Of a stretch of 64,000 nt of DNA, positions 7,166 to 16,711 are shown one piece after another (within the stretch, counting starts at the first letter, position 1; every line of letters begins with the position of its first letter). Made by a program: the position numbers and the translations under genes. Source of the DNA: a virus. The notes beneath the pieces were generated by a model. It had not been told where the DNA came from, made no database searches, and saw only the letters and a program-made list of their open reading frames with translations. The stretch is from the IMG/VR virus record IMGVR_UViG_3300005253_000523, positions 5,091 through 69,090 of that record. The stretch is one strand, 5' to 3'.

Positions 7166-10004
7166 TGTCGTCGAAGCGTTTCAGAATCTGCTGGTCGACT
7201 GACTTACGGAAGTTCTGCAGTTTCTCGATCATATCCTCAGCGATTTCTTCGGCGATCGTTTCACCATTCGGAACATCACCGGAAAGAATCTTGTCGACTT
7301 CGGCCTGGCTCGTTTTTGCGCCGACCTGAGCGAGCGCGAACTGCAACGAGTACGGCACATCGAGCTCGATGCCCTTGGGCTCCGGTCCGAAGTCTTCGCC
7401 GAACACATCCTTGCCGATGTTGTCTGCTCTGCGTGGTGTCATACCACCAGACTTCTCAAGGATGTTTGCCATCTTCACTAGGATCTCGTCGTCGGTGATA
7501 TTCGGGTGCATCGACTTGAACGCATGGAATCGAGCCTTCCATCGGGTCATCACGAATCGATTGAACAACTCGTCGTCGTCAGCACGGTCAGGACCGAAGA
7601 CCTGCTCGTCGCCGACGCGCTTCGAGACGGCTGCCGTCGAACGGTTGTAGTCTTCGGAGTTACCCGAGATCAGGACGCGGCCATTTCGACGAGTGACCAG
7701 CATGCCATTGGGCACCGTGAAGCAGGACACCTTACCCTTGTACGGGACACGTGAAATCTGTTTCTTTTGCAACAGATGACGCTGATCACGATGACCGTTG
7801 CTTACCCAGATTGTCGACCATCCCTCTTCACTACGATCTACCTGACGAGTGGTGAGCGCAATACCAAGACGAACACAAATCTCGTGGAGCTGATCGTTCA
7901 ATAACTTCGAAGTCGTACCGTATGTGAATGATCCTTCGCTACCCATCGCGGGACGACTACCATCGCCATCGATCATTGCATCGAGTAATACCTGAAGCTG
8001 ATCGGCCTCAACGCCGAGAACCCAACGAGGCAGACATTTATTCTTGGCGCCATGACCGCAACTATCACGGAGCCATCGCCACATCCCAACGTGACAGGCG
8101 CTGATATTCAACTGACCGGGATGCGATTCGCAGACCCCTACTTTGAAACTCATCTCCTTAAGAGTCCGGATCATGTCATCCGCAACTTCACCAACATTTT
8201 GAGACAGGTTGAATGGACCAGGCGTTTCGGTCGTACTCCCCTCGCTGACAAAATAACCAAGGAACTTTAAGAATGTCGTGCCGTCGACGTTCCAACCTTC
8301 GCGATCCTCATAGCGTTCTAGATCGCGGGTAGGATTTTTGCTCGGCTTATCAGGATGCCAGGTATTATTCGGATCGTTTCGCGGTACCTCGAAGGCTTCG
8401 TAATAGCGACCGCGCCAAGATGCCGAGACAGGGATTTCCAAACAACCACCACCATTGCCACCACGAACATTCTGAAGATCACCGGCTTCACAAAATCTCC
8501 ACGGGCGCTCAGGCCAAGCACTAGCAGCCGTTGGTCGCGTCCACATTCGATGGTTCGGCGTGACCAGTGCATCAATGCCACGGTTCTTCAAGTGAATCAG
8601 TTCGCCGTCATAGTCGTACTGATGGCGGGCAGTCGGGACTTGATACTCAACTTCTCCGGTCGCAGCGTTGTAGGTTGCAAGAGCCTGCTGCGAACTAATC
8701 TCGTCGTACTTCTGCCAACCACGGTCGGTCAAATACTCCGTATCGGATGAGCTACAACGCCCCACGAAGATCGGCGGCAGGCGGAAGCTCTGGCGGATCT
8801 TGTCGCGGTTGTTCTTGTCGTACTCCAACCACAGCTCGTCCCTCTGCTGGTGTGGCTTGGTCGGCTCGATCCGAATCTTGAACGCAGTCGGATTCGGATT
8901 GCCCTCATCCATCGGCTCACCTTCGAGGATGATCATCGAGCTGTAATTTGCCTCCTGTTGCAGCGACTCGATGAACTCAGTTACGCGCTTAACGCTACCA
9001 TCGGTGAGCGTTCCGTTCTCGACGATGAGAAATAACGACGGGACTGCGTTGTTAGACAGCGTGTTGAAGTTCAGCTCCTGCGCCTTGCGACTGCCGAAGA
9101 ACTCGAAGATCGCTCCAATCCATTCGGGAACGCCGTAAGAAGAGTGCGGCGAATAGATTTTGTGATGGAGAACGCTGGTGGCGCGCATCGGAAACTCGAT
9201 TGGTTTTTCATTCGTGCCGTATTCACCGGTCGTGAAGTCGAGATCCCGTGGATCGCCCGCCTCCTTGAAGAATCGGATCCTCTCCGCGCGGATCTGAACG
9301 TAACGCCGAAAGCGCGAGAGCATCTTGACATTGCCGATCGTCAGATCCTCATTGATCACTGGCACGTCGATGACAACTGGATCACGCTCCAGAGAAGTCA
9401 TGCGAACCGTATGCGCATGGATGTGACCGAGTCCAACGAGTTCGCGGTTGGGTGCATCGATCAGTTCCATGTAGCCATTGCCCGTCTGGACCTTGTCGTG
9501 CTTGATGCGCGCACGGATCTCTGTGAGAGACAGCTTCGGATGGACCGCCGATAGTCGAGTACTCAGCCGGGCCTTCTCCGTGTTGATCTCGGTCTCGAAT
9601 TTCGATCGGATCTTCTCGTTGCGCAGGAGCATCGACTCCTTCAATCGGTGGCCGAACTTCACAGTGTTCGTGACCATCGTGCGAATGTTCTGGCCCAGCT
9701 CGTTGCTGTTATCCATGGCCAGCGCGAGGAAACTCAAGTCGTAGGGTGGATCGATGACGGTGGCGCGGCCTTCGATCTTCGTGTGAAAGAGATCGTCCTC
9801 CTCACTCGATGCGTGGCCAAGACTGCGTCCGCCTTCCGGAACCTGCGGCAGCCCATCCTGCTTCTCGATCTTCCGCAGTCCCTCACGAGGACTGATGATC
9901 GTCGCCCTGAGAACCTGATGGTGGCGCTTGCCAGACTTGTCGACGACTTCGACTGGCAGTGTGCGGACGGTTTCGGCGGTAGCGTCTTTGGCCATGTCAC
10001 CCAC
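7155..10004 (-). CDS. Portal protein (PBSX/XkdE type) with intein
   Basis: TGNGYMELI, YSPHSSYGVPEWIGA, NNAVPSLFLIV, IRQSFRLPPIFVG|SEDYNRSTA. Confidence 0.9.
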   Translation of the reverse strand: MGDMAKDATAETVRTLPVEVVDKSGKRHHQVLRATIISPREGLRKIEKQDGLPQVPEGGRSLGHASSEEDDLFHTKIEGRATVIDPPYDLSFLALAMDNSNELGQNIRTMVTNTVKFGHRLKESMLLRNEKIRSKFETEINTEKARLSTRLSAVHPKLSLTEIRARIKHDKVQTGNGYMELIDAPNRELVGLGHIHAHTVRMTSLERDPVVIDVPVINEDLTIGNVKMLSRFRRYVQIRAERIRFFKEAGDPRDLDFTTGEYGTNEKPIEFPMRATSVLHHKIYSPHSSYGVPEWIGAIFEFFGSRKAQELNFNTLSNNAVPSLFLIVENGTLTDGSVKRVTEFIESLQQEANYSSMIILEGEPMDEGNPNPTAFKIRIEPTKPHQQRDELWLEYDKNNRDKIRQSFRLPPIFVGRCSSSDTEYLTDRGWQKYDEISSQQALATYNAATGEVEYQVPTARHQYDYDGELIHLKNRGIDALVTPNHRMWTRPTAASAWPERPWRFCEAGDLQNVRGGNGGGCLEIPVSASWRGRYYEAFEVPRNDPNNTWHPDKPSKNPTRDLERYEDREGWNVDGTTFLKFLGYFVSEGSTTETPGPFNLSQNVGEVADDMIRTLKEMSFKVGVCESHPGQLNISACHVGMWRWLRDSCGHGAKNKCLPRWVLGVEADQLQVLLDAMIDGDGSRPAMGSEGSFTYGTTSKLLNDQLHEICVRLGIALTTRQVDRSEEGWSTIWVSNGHRDQRHLLQKKQISRVPYKGKVSCFTVPNGMLVTRRNGRVLISGNSEDYNRSTAAVSKRVGDEQVFGPDRADDDELFNRFVMTRWKARFHAFKSMHPNITDDEILVKMANILEKSGGMTPRRADNIGKDVFGEDFGPEPKGIELDVPYSLQFALAQVGAKTSQAEVDKILSGDVPNGETIAEEIAEDMIEKLQNFRKSVDQQILKRFDDNED
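7659..8756 (-). mobile_element. Intein in portal (366 aa) with in-frame LAGLIDADG homing endonuclease
   Basis: CSSSDTEYLTDRGW, VTPNHRMW, FLGYFVSEGS and LDAMIDGDGS motifs, VSCFTVPNG...ISGN|S. Confidence 0.9.
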
Positions 10005-10016
10005 TCAGATGGGTGA

Positions 10017-10250
10017 TTAGCCCTTCTTTGTTTTGATCGTCGCGGAAGCGATGTCGTGCAGGGCAGCGTAGTCCGTGTCCGTGATACCCGCGTCCGCGTC
10101 GAGCTTCGCGTTGACCGCGTTGTTCGTGGCCCGCATCGTCTCGAAGTCGTCGGCGACATCCCGCATGGCCGTGGCCAGAGTCGGAGTGCCGGATCCCTGC
10201 GGCGTGATGCCAGCGAGGCCCTCGCCGAAATTCGATTTGATTATTGCCAT
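10017..10250 (-). CDS. Small putative head decoration/fibre protein
   Basis: SD (GAAGG) and coding bias; NAVNAKLDADAGITDTDY tail typical of small virion proteins. Confidence 0.45.
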   Translation of the reverse strand: MAIIKSNFGEGLAGITPQGSGTPTLATAMRDVADDFETMRATNNAVNAKLDADAGITDTDYAALHDIASATIKTKKG

Positions 10251-10290
10251 GGGTGCCTTCTGGTCAGGGGTTCAGTTCAGCTCATCAACC

Positions 10291-10647
10291 CTATGGGTTG
10301 ACGGGCTCGGGACCACCCCAGGCTTCCCAGGCGAGATCCTCGGTGGTGGTGTCGTTGATATCGGCCAGAACAGGAATGCGGAAGCCCGGATTTCCTGCGC
10401 TGTCGGCAGCCAGGATTGTCACTCCGCCCGTGGCGAGTGTGGTCACTGTGCCTGCCGCGACAGTCTTCTTGTTGCGCTCGGGATTGGCGGAATCACCGAG
10501 ACCCGGAAACCGTTCCACGGTCGCGAGATTGGTGACGTTGAACACCTTGACGGTGTGGGGCTCGAAGCCAAGGCTGCGAACATCGATGATCGCGTTCGTC
10601 GCCTTCAGGCGACCTGACTTGTGCTGAAGTCCGTTGCTCGATGACAT
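10291..10647 (-). CDS. Putative small virion structural protein
   Basis: AAGGAG SD; beta-rich sequence; lies within the head module. Confidence 0.45.
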   Translation of the reverse strand: MSSSNGLQHKSGRLKATNAIIDVRSLGFEPHTVKVFNVTNLATVERFPGLGDSANPERNKKTVAAGTVTTLATGGVTILAADSAGNPGFRIPVLADINDTTTEDLAWEAWGGPEPVNP

Positions 10648-10714
10648 TCGTCGTCTCCTTGGTGGATACCGTCCGAGGTAACTAGTGGGACTCTATGGTT
10701 GCCGCGCTGCCCTG

Positions 10715-12124
10715 TCAAATTAGTCCTGGCTCCTTCCGACGCCGACGCCGAGCGCCACGCAGACCCTGGCGGAACGCCAAGTCGAAGGCATCGTAACTGT
10801 CGTCGCGTTCTTTTCGCAATCCCTTGAGCGCGCAGAGGTGCCGAACAAAGGCGTGCATCGATCGCCGAATATGAATGCCTCCAGGTCCAACGATGGCAGC
10901 AGTCTGGTTCTTGCGCGCGGTCTTGTCCTGGATCTGCCACTGCGGTTGGATCGGGATGTCTGGAAACATCTCGCGCACCTGTTGAGTCATCACGATCTGA
11001 TAGGCGTTCGACTCGATCACCACGCGGACCGTCGCAGGGTACTCCTCATATTTGTGTCGGATGTAGTGAACCTGCTGCGAGAACGGCATCCGTTTTTCCT
11101 GGATGTCGAAGATCCACGGCTCGCGGGTCTGCTTGTGAACACCGAGGGTCGCGTGAGCGAACTTGTCATTGTGTTGCTGGAGACCAGCAGCGAGATCGAC
11201 TCCCTGCCACATGAAGATGTCGGATGGGTAGGCACCATCCTCGTAAGTGAAATGCTCCGGGGTAAAGATCCCACCGAGGCTTTGTCCGGTCGACACCATG
11301 TACTGCCGCTCGAATGCACCCAGGTTGCCCTTCCGAATCCGATGCATCTTCTTGGTCGAGAAGCGTTCCTCCCAGACCGACTGATCATCCTCGCCGAGCA
11401 CCGGGAATCGAACCGTCGTCCCCTTGTAATCCTCCTTCTCCAACCAGCCGAGAAAGTCTTCGTCGTGCCAACGCGTGCCGATCACCCACAGGCGACCATC
11501 TACAGGATCGAGCGTCGGATACAGAGTGTCGTAGAACCAGTCGTACACCTTCTTGCGCTGGGCCGGGGTCTGACTGTTGTCCTTGGTCACGATGTCGTCC
11601 GCGATGATGATTCCAAAATGCCGACCGGGCAGCGCCGAGTCTGTACCCATGCACGTGATCGTTCCTTCACGGTCAAACGACTTTCGTGGCGCGACCATGA
11701 TCTCGCCGTCAGACCAAATCTTGGCTCCGGTCACGAAGTCTCCGAACAGCTTCTTGAGCAATTCGTTGCTCTCGAACTGCGTCTTCACACCACGCAGGAA
11801 GACCTTCGACTGATCTGCTGATTCAGACGCGAACAGGATCTTCACGTTCGGGTTGCAGATGATCTCGCCGATGGCCTTCGTGATCGTACAGAGCGTCGTC
11901 TTCCACGATCCGCGGAACCCAAGCATCAGTCCTTCGTCGACGCTGTCCTGCCAGTCCAGCATGTCGCGATGGAACGGCTGGATCGGAATGTTGAGAACGT
12001 ACTTGGCCAGGATATCGAAGCGCCGATGCTCCTTGATCAATTCGCGGAGCTGATCGTATCGACTCTCACGCGCGACATCGAGACGATCGGACAGATCCGA
12101 TGTCGCTTTGTATGGCGACACCAT
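10715..12124 (-). CDS. terL: Terminase large subunit
   Basis: GFRGSWKTT Walker A, GRHFGIIIADD Walker B, IGTRWHDED, GVDLA and RDDSYDA nuclease motifs. Confidence 0.92.
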   Translation of the reverse strand: MVSPYKATSDLSDRLDVARESRYDQLRELIKEHRRFDILAKYVLNIPIQPFHRDMLDWQDSVDEGLMLGFRGSWKTTLCTITKAIGEIICNPNVKILFASESADQSKVFLRGVKTQFESNELLKKLFGDFVTGAKIWSDGEIMVAPRKSFDREGTITCMGTDSALPGRHFGIIIADDIVTKDNSQTPAQRKKVYDWFYDTLYPTLDPVDGRLWVIGTRWHDEDFLGWLEKEDYKGTTVRFPVLGEDDQSVWEERFSTKKMHRIRKGNLGAFERQYMVSTGQSLGGIFTPEHFTYEDGAYPSDIFMWQGVDLAAGLQQHNDKFAHATLGVHKQTREPWIFDIQEKRMPFSQQVHYIRHKYEEYPATVRVVIESNAYQIVMTQQVREMFPDIPIQPQWQIQDKTARKNQTAAIVGPGGIHIRRSMHAFVRHLCALKGLRKERDDSYDAFDLAFRQGLRGARRRRRKEPGLI

Positions 12125-13464
12125 TACTTGAGCTGTGCAACTTCAAGCCGACTGATCGCAATCTTGTGAAACTTCTGTTTCTGTTCGCAGCCGAGGCCAG
12201 CGATATCGAGTTGCTTGCATGCGACAAGTGTACTGCCGACGCCGGCAAACGGATCGACGACGAGGTGACCCTTGCTCGCGTGCCGTCGTAGCAACCTCTC
12301 CATCAACCACACAGGCTTCTGCGTCGGATGATCGAATCGTTCCTTGCCCCTGCACGTCGGTCCCGTGATGACGTCGTGTGCCTCCGAACTACCGGCGTTC
12401 TTCCACGGCGTGAAGTGCGCGGTGCCTCTCGTAGCCCAGACGATCGCCTCCTTGGCATGCGAGTAACCGGGCCTGGACTGCGGCGCTGGATCTGTCTTGT
12501 GCCAGATCAGTGCACCGCGATACTTCCAACCCATTTCATCGAACACGTTCTGGTATGTGCCCACTGCCTCCACGGAACAGAAACTGACGATGGTAGCGGT
12601 GGCGGACATTGCCTTCGCCACCTCGAACACCCAACTGACGTCGAGCTGATCCCAGCTCGGCGCTTCGCCCAGCGCCTTGCGCTCCTTGTAAGCTATCGGC
12701 GACCAGTGCAAGGAGTACGGTGGGTCGGTCAAACAGAGATCGAACTTGTAGCTCTTGTCCATCCACTTCGGGATCCAGCTCTGCCAGTCGCCGCGTTCCA
12801 CGCGATGAAGACTCGCCCCTGTGCCCTCGTCGTCCGACTCGCTCTGCTTGCGCTGCCGCTGTCGCTCCTCTGCCTTCTTGTGTAGTCGGCGCTCTCGGCT
12901 CATGCGACGGATCTCGGACAGCGCCTTGCGCTCTGCCTCCGATCGTTTCTTGGTGTCGGCGATGCCGTTGATCCGCTTCTTGTCTTCGGCTGACAATGTG
13001 GTCGCCAACTGGATCGCCAACGCAGCCGTCGACTCAGCGATGTGAAGTTGCAGGGCGACATACAGACTGAAGCGCGGTTGCTTCTTTCCATTTTTCGGAA
13101 ACTTGTCAGGTTTAGTATCGAAGATGCCTTTCCATCGGATCAATGCCTCGCCCATCTCGATCGATGAGAAGTTGCGCCGCTGAACGTTCTCGATGATCTG
13201 GATCCGGAGCGCACTCTCCGCGTGCTGGTTCGCAACGATGACGGCAAGCACCTTCCGCTTCAACTTCTTGCACGCCATCATCCGGCGGAATCCCGCGATC
13301 AATTCGTATGGCTTCTTGCCCTTCTGCTTCGATAAGGCAATCGGTGTGATCTGACCGTCGCGTTTGATCGTGTCTGCCAGCGCATCGATCTCGGCGGTGT
13401 CGGTACGTGCGCGCCAACCCAGATCTATTTGAGACGGCTGTACCTGTATGACCCGGTCGTTCAT
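12124..13464 (-). CDS. ParB-like N-terminal domain fused to a beta-class N4/N6 DNA methyltransferase
   Basis: LADTIKRDGQITPI...LIAGFRR...IENVQR (ParB); TDPPY, HPTQKP, VVDPFAGVGST (MTase). Confidence 0.9.
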   Translation of the reverse strand: MNDRVIQVQPSQIDLGWRARTDTAEIDALADTIKRDGQITPIALSKQKGKKPYELIAGFRRMMACKKLKRKVLAVIVANQHAESALRIQIIENVQRRNFSSIEMGEALIRWKGIFDTKPDKFPKNGKKQPRFSLYVALQLHIAESTAALAIQLATTLSAEDKKRINGIADTKKRSEAERKALSEIRRMSRERRLHKKAEERQRQRKQSESDDEGTGASLHRVERGDWQSWIPKWMDKSYKFDLCLTDPPYSLHWSPIAYKERKALGEAPSWDQLDVSWVFEVAKAMSATATIVSFCSVEAVGTYQNVFDEMGWKYRGALIWHKTDPAPQSRPGYSHAKEAIVWATRGTAHFTPWKNAGSSEAHDVITGPTCRGKERFDHPTQKPVWLMERLLRRHASKGHLVVDPFAGVGSTLVACKQLDIAGLGCEQKQKFHKIAISRLEVAQLK

Positions 13465-13475
13465 CGAGGATCAAT

Positions 13476-13736
13476 TCAAGCGCGCTTGCGCGCCTTCTTC
13501 TTCGCTGGCTTCCGCTTGCGTGCCTTGGTCGGACGTGGGTTGTCCTCGTAGTACCGATCCCACCGAGCCTTGACTGCGTTCGATGCACGCGCCGATCGTT
13601 CCTCTGGCGTCATCGTCTCCATCGAACGCTTGCCACCCTTCTTCCCACCACGGCGCCCGATGCGAGCCATGTATGCGGAGACCTGTCCCCTGGTTGGAAG
13701 TGGTTCGGGCATGGGGTTGTTTTCGGTGGTGTCCAT
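13476..13736 (-). CDS. Small basic protein with GRRGGKKGG motif (possible DNA-binding)
   Basis: AYMARIGRRGGKKGGKR...MTPEERSARASNAVKARW. Confidence 0.6.
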   Translation of the reverse strand: MDTTENNPMPEPLPTRGQVSAYMARIGRRGGKKGGKRSMETMTPEERSARASNAVKARWDRYYEDNPRPTKARKRKPAKKKARKRA

Positions 13737-13808
13737 TCTTATCGCGCCTTAGTGGAAACGGGTCAAGTCTGTATCCTACTAAAGCCGTAATGGAATGCAA
13801 GGGCTTTT

Positions 13809-14342
13809 CTAGATCCAGGGCTTTTTACCCGTGGATAGCAGCCTCATGCGGATGCGATGGTAGCTGGCCAGGACGCGCCTTGAATGGGGGCTGTTCCGCG
13901 TGCAACCGCGACCGTTGTACCTACTGAGCGCCCGCTCGATATCCCCACACCGCCTCACATGGCGAGCCAGGCACCGGACCCCGGCCATGACATTGAACCG
14001 GGGACGAAGGATTCTGGCCACGTCCTTCTCGCCGCCAACGCAGTCGTCGCCACGGCGTAGTCCCATGAGACCGATGTCCGCCCGATCCCTCTTACCGCGA
14101 ACGCGAGGGCGGAAGCTGCTCTCGCGTGCAATGAGCGCCACCACCAACAATGGATCGACGTCGTACCGATCGGACGCCTCCAGGATCAACGGCGCGAACC
14201 TCTGAGCGTGCTCGGCCCTCTTGGCACTCGGCCAGGGCAGGACCAGCGAAATCGCGAGCAGAATCTCAGCCACGTGAAACACGCTTGGTGATGACCAGCG
14301 CCTTGCGACCGGCGACGATCTTGACCGCCAGCGAGACCGCAC
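13809..14342 (-). CDS. Lytic transglycosylase (SLT); true start probably near 14280
   Basis: YDVDPLLVVALIARESSF, GLM, ALSRYNG motifs; N-terminal hydrophobic segment. Confidence 0.85.
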   Translation of the reverse strand: MRSRWRSRSSPVARRWSSPSVFHVAEILLAISLVLPWPSAKRAEHAQRFAPLILEASDRYDVDPLLVVALIARESSFRPRVRGKRDRADIGLMGLRRGDDCVGGEKDVARILRPRFNVMAGVRCLARHVRRCGDIERALSRYNGRGCTRNSPHSRRVLASYHRIRMRLLSTGKKPWI

Positions 14343-14442
14343 TGCCCTTGCGCAGCCCGAGCTTCTTGCACAGTACCTTGTCCACGATCACCGCCACGGA
14401 GTGGCCGACCTGGATCGCGTTCTTGTCAATTCGCTCCGTCAC
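14266..14442 (-). CDS. AbrB/MazE-like DNA-binding protein (start approximate)
   Basis: IQVGHSVAVIVDKVLCKKLGLRKGSAV swapped-hairpin signature. Confidence 0.6.
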   Translation of the reverse strand: MTERIDKNAIQVGHSVAVIVDKVLCKKLGLRKGSAVSLAVKIVAGRKALVITKRVSRG

Positions 14443-14617
14443 TGTTTTGCACTCCGAACGTCTTCGCCCACTTGAACGCGAAATCGGCCGAGTATCCGAC
14501 CGTCGACTTCTTCGACTTGCGCGGCCTCGGTTCGTCGCGCTCGATCTGAACCGGCATGACGGCAACGCCATGCGCGCATCGCACGACGATGACTCCCGGC
14601 ATTCGTTTCTTTGGCAT
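14426..14617 (-). CDS. Hypothetical protein
   Basis: Fills the operon between the HD and AbrB-like genes. Confidence 0.45.
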   Translation of the reverse strand: MPKKRMPGVIVVRCAHGVAVMPVQIERDEPRPRKSKKSTVGYSADFAFKWAKTFGVQNSDGAN

Positions 14618-14626
14618 CGGACGAGT

Positions 14627-15196
14627 CTAGCGCACCAGATCAGTTAGCTGCCGGAACCGGGCCAGAAAAATCTTCTCCGCTATGCCGGCACTCAGAGGAT
14701 CGATGCGTTCGATCTTCGATCGGCGAGGGGCGTAGCCATCCAGTCCGCGCAGGTCCATGTCCTCGGCGACGAAGACAGCACGGTCAGCATCCTTCACCAC
14801 ACGGTTCTCGCAGATCCCAACCGGCAGACCGAACCGTTGCTCGATTGCATTCGTCCACATCCCGTCCAGTTCCTTGACGAACGCAAGCTCGGGAAGATTC
14901 TTCAGCGGACCGATCCAGTCGTGCAGGTATGCCTCGGCCCCGTCGTGCAGGAAGCCAGCGAGCGTGAAACGCCACCGATCCTTATCGGCCAAGCCACTGC
15001 ACTCGATTGATACGAGGTCGCTGACGATCACGCTGTGCTGTGCGACCGAGTAATGCTCGGCGTCGATGTAACCGTTGAACCTGCACTGCCGCGACAAGGA
15101 ACGCGCGATGTCCTCGATGTGGATCTTCTCGGGATCCGCGTCGATGACCTGGATGGTCGTTCGGGTTGGGAATGTCAGGAACTCTCCGGGCTGCAT
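14627..15196 (-). CDS. HD-domain 5'-deoxynucleotidase (YfdR-like)
   Basis: IEDIARSLSRQCRFNG, YSVAQHS, LHDGAEAY, VKDAD. Confidence 0.88.
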   Translation of the reverse strand: MQPGEFLTFPTRTTIQVIDADPEKIHIEDIARSLSRQCRFNGYIDAEHYSVAQHSVIVSDLVSIECSGLADKDRWRFTLAGFLHDGAEAYLHDWIGPLKNLPELAFVKELDGMWTNAIEQRFGLPVGICENRVVKDADRAVFVAEDMDLRGLDGYAPRRSKIERIDPLSAGIAEKIFLARFRQLTDLVR

Positions 15197-15258
15197 GACG
15201 CGGTTATAACGGTTATAACGCCCACAATCAAGGGGTCTGTGGGGGGTGAAAATAATCC

Positions 15259-15286
15259 TTGACTCAATCTAAAGCGGCTATAGAAT
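15259..15286 (+). promoter_or_regulatory. Sigma70-type promoter with CTAAAGCGG box in the spacer
   Basis: TTGACT-16nt-TAGAAT. Confidence 0.65.
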
Positions 15287-15332
15287 ACAAGACCTGGGCA
15301 GAATCCTCTGACCCACAAACCAAGGAAAAGAC

Positions 15333-16455
15333 GATGACAACCGAAAAAACAACGACACCAGTATTTGATGGAGTACTTGCAACCACGGCAGAGCGCCGGG
15401 CATTCGCCGAGAAGAGGATGCACGAATACATCCAGCACGGCGTTCCGATCGCGCAATCGATCGTCAACAAGGTACTCAACGAAGTGCCCAACGACCAGAT
15501 CGCCAAGGCGACTGCATTGAACTTCAAGGCGGACGACAACGGCATCACCTACCGTGCCGGCGACAACCACCGGACCATGCACCGCAACGCCCTCGGGCAG
15601 CTCGCGGTGCGCGCGGGCATTCCGATCAAGTACCTCGATCACTTGATGGAGACGGGCAACGAGTGGAAGCAGGATCTGCTCGCGCACACACTGAACCAAC
15701 ACTTCCACAACGATGACCACCGCTACCTGCTCCGCTCGGTCGGCGACGAGACGCGCGCCGTTCTCAGCGACAAGTACAAGCGGATCGACTGCCGGCCGGT
15801 GCTGGACAAGTTGATCGCCAGTGCATCCAAGGCCGGCGCGCTGGTTGTCGACGGTGCGACCAGCGCCATCCGGTCGAACCTGAAGTTCGTGCTGCCCACG
15901 ATCTTCGAACCGGTGCCCGGCGAGTTCGTGGTCTGGGGACTGTCCTGGACGAACAGCGACTTCGGTCGCGGCGCCAACGAGCTGAACATCTTCTTCGGCC
16001 GCGTCTGGTGCTGGAACGGGATGGTCGGCGAGAAGGCCATCCGGCAGATCCACCTCGGCCGCAGGCTCGGCGATGACATCGCGTACAGCGAGCGCACGCT
16101 ACAGCTCGACACCGACACCGCCGTCAGTGCCGTCGCCGACGTCGCCAACCACTACCTCAACCCCGACAAGGTTGAGGGTCACCTGGCCGCCATCGCATCG
16201 GCCCACAACGCCAAGCTCGATCCGAAGACTGCCGAGGGCGCGCTGGCAAAGCGCACCAGCAAGGCCACGGCAAAGTCGGTCGTCGACAAGTTCAACAGCG
16301 CGGACGTGATCGATCTGCCGCAGGGCCAGAGCGACTGGCGCTGGGCCAACGCGATCAGCCTGGTAGCCCGGGACAGCGACGACGGCGATCGCAAGATCGA
16401 CCTGGAGCGGCTTGCCGGCGACGTCCTGACGAAGCACGGACTGAGCATCAACTAG
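15333..16455 (+). CDS. DUF932-like phage protein (start approximate)
   Basis: RAVLSDKYKRID, NSDFGRGA, RVWCWNGM, RQIHLG. Confidence 0.75.
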
Positions 16456-16520
16456 GAGGTGTGCCCTCCCTGCTCGCGGGCGATCGCGGGCAGGCGGGGT
16501 GACATAACCGGAGAACGACC

Positions 16521-16655
16521 ATGGGACGCGAGAAACTGATCGACAAGGTGAAGAAGCTACTGGCGCTGTCCACGAGCGCCAACGAGCACGAGGCTGCGAA
16601 CGCTGCCGCGACTGCCCAGCGGATCATGTTCGAGCACAAGATCGCCGAGTTCCCA
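16521..16655 (+). pseudogene. Truncated DUF2786-domain gene
   Basis: KLIDKVKKLLALSTSANEHEAANAAATAQRIMFEHKI, after which the frame runs antisense into the next gene. Confidence 0.6.
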
Positions 16656-16711
16656 ACGACAATCGCCAGCTCGGAGCCGAGCCGCGTCGCCTCAAATAGT
16701 CTGTGCTTCGA

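Noticed and set aside
8318-8581. Alternative-frame ORF within the portal intein
   Set aside because: Short and without motifs; this intein already has an in-frame LAGLIDADG domain
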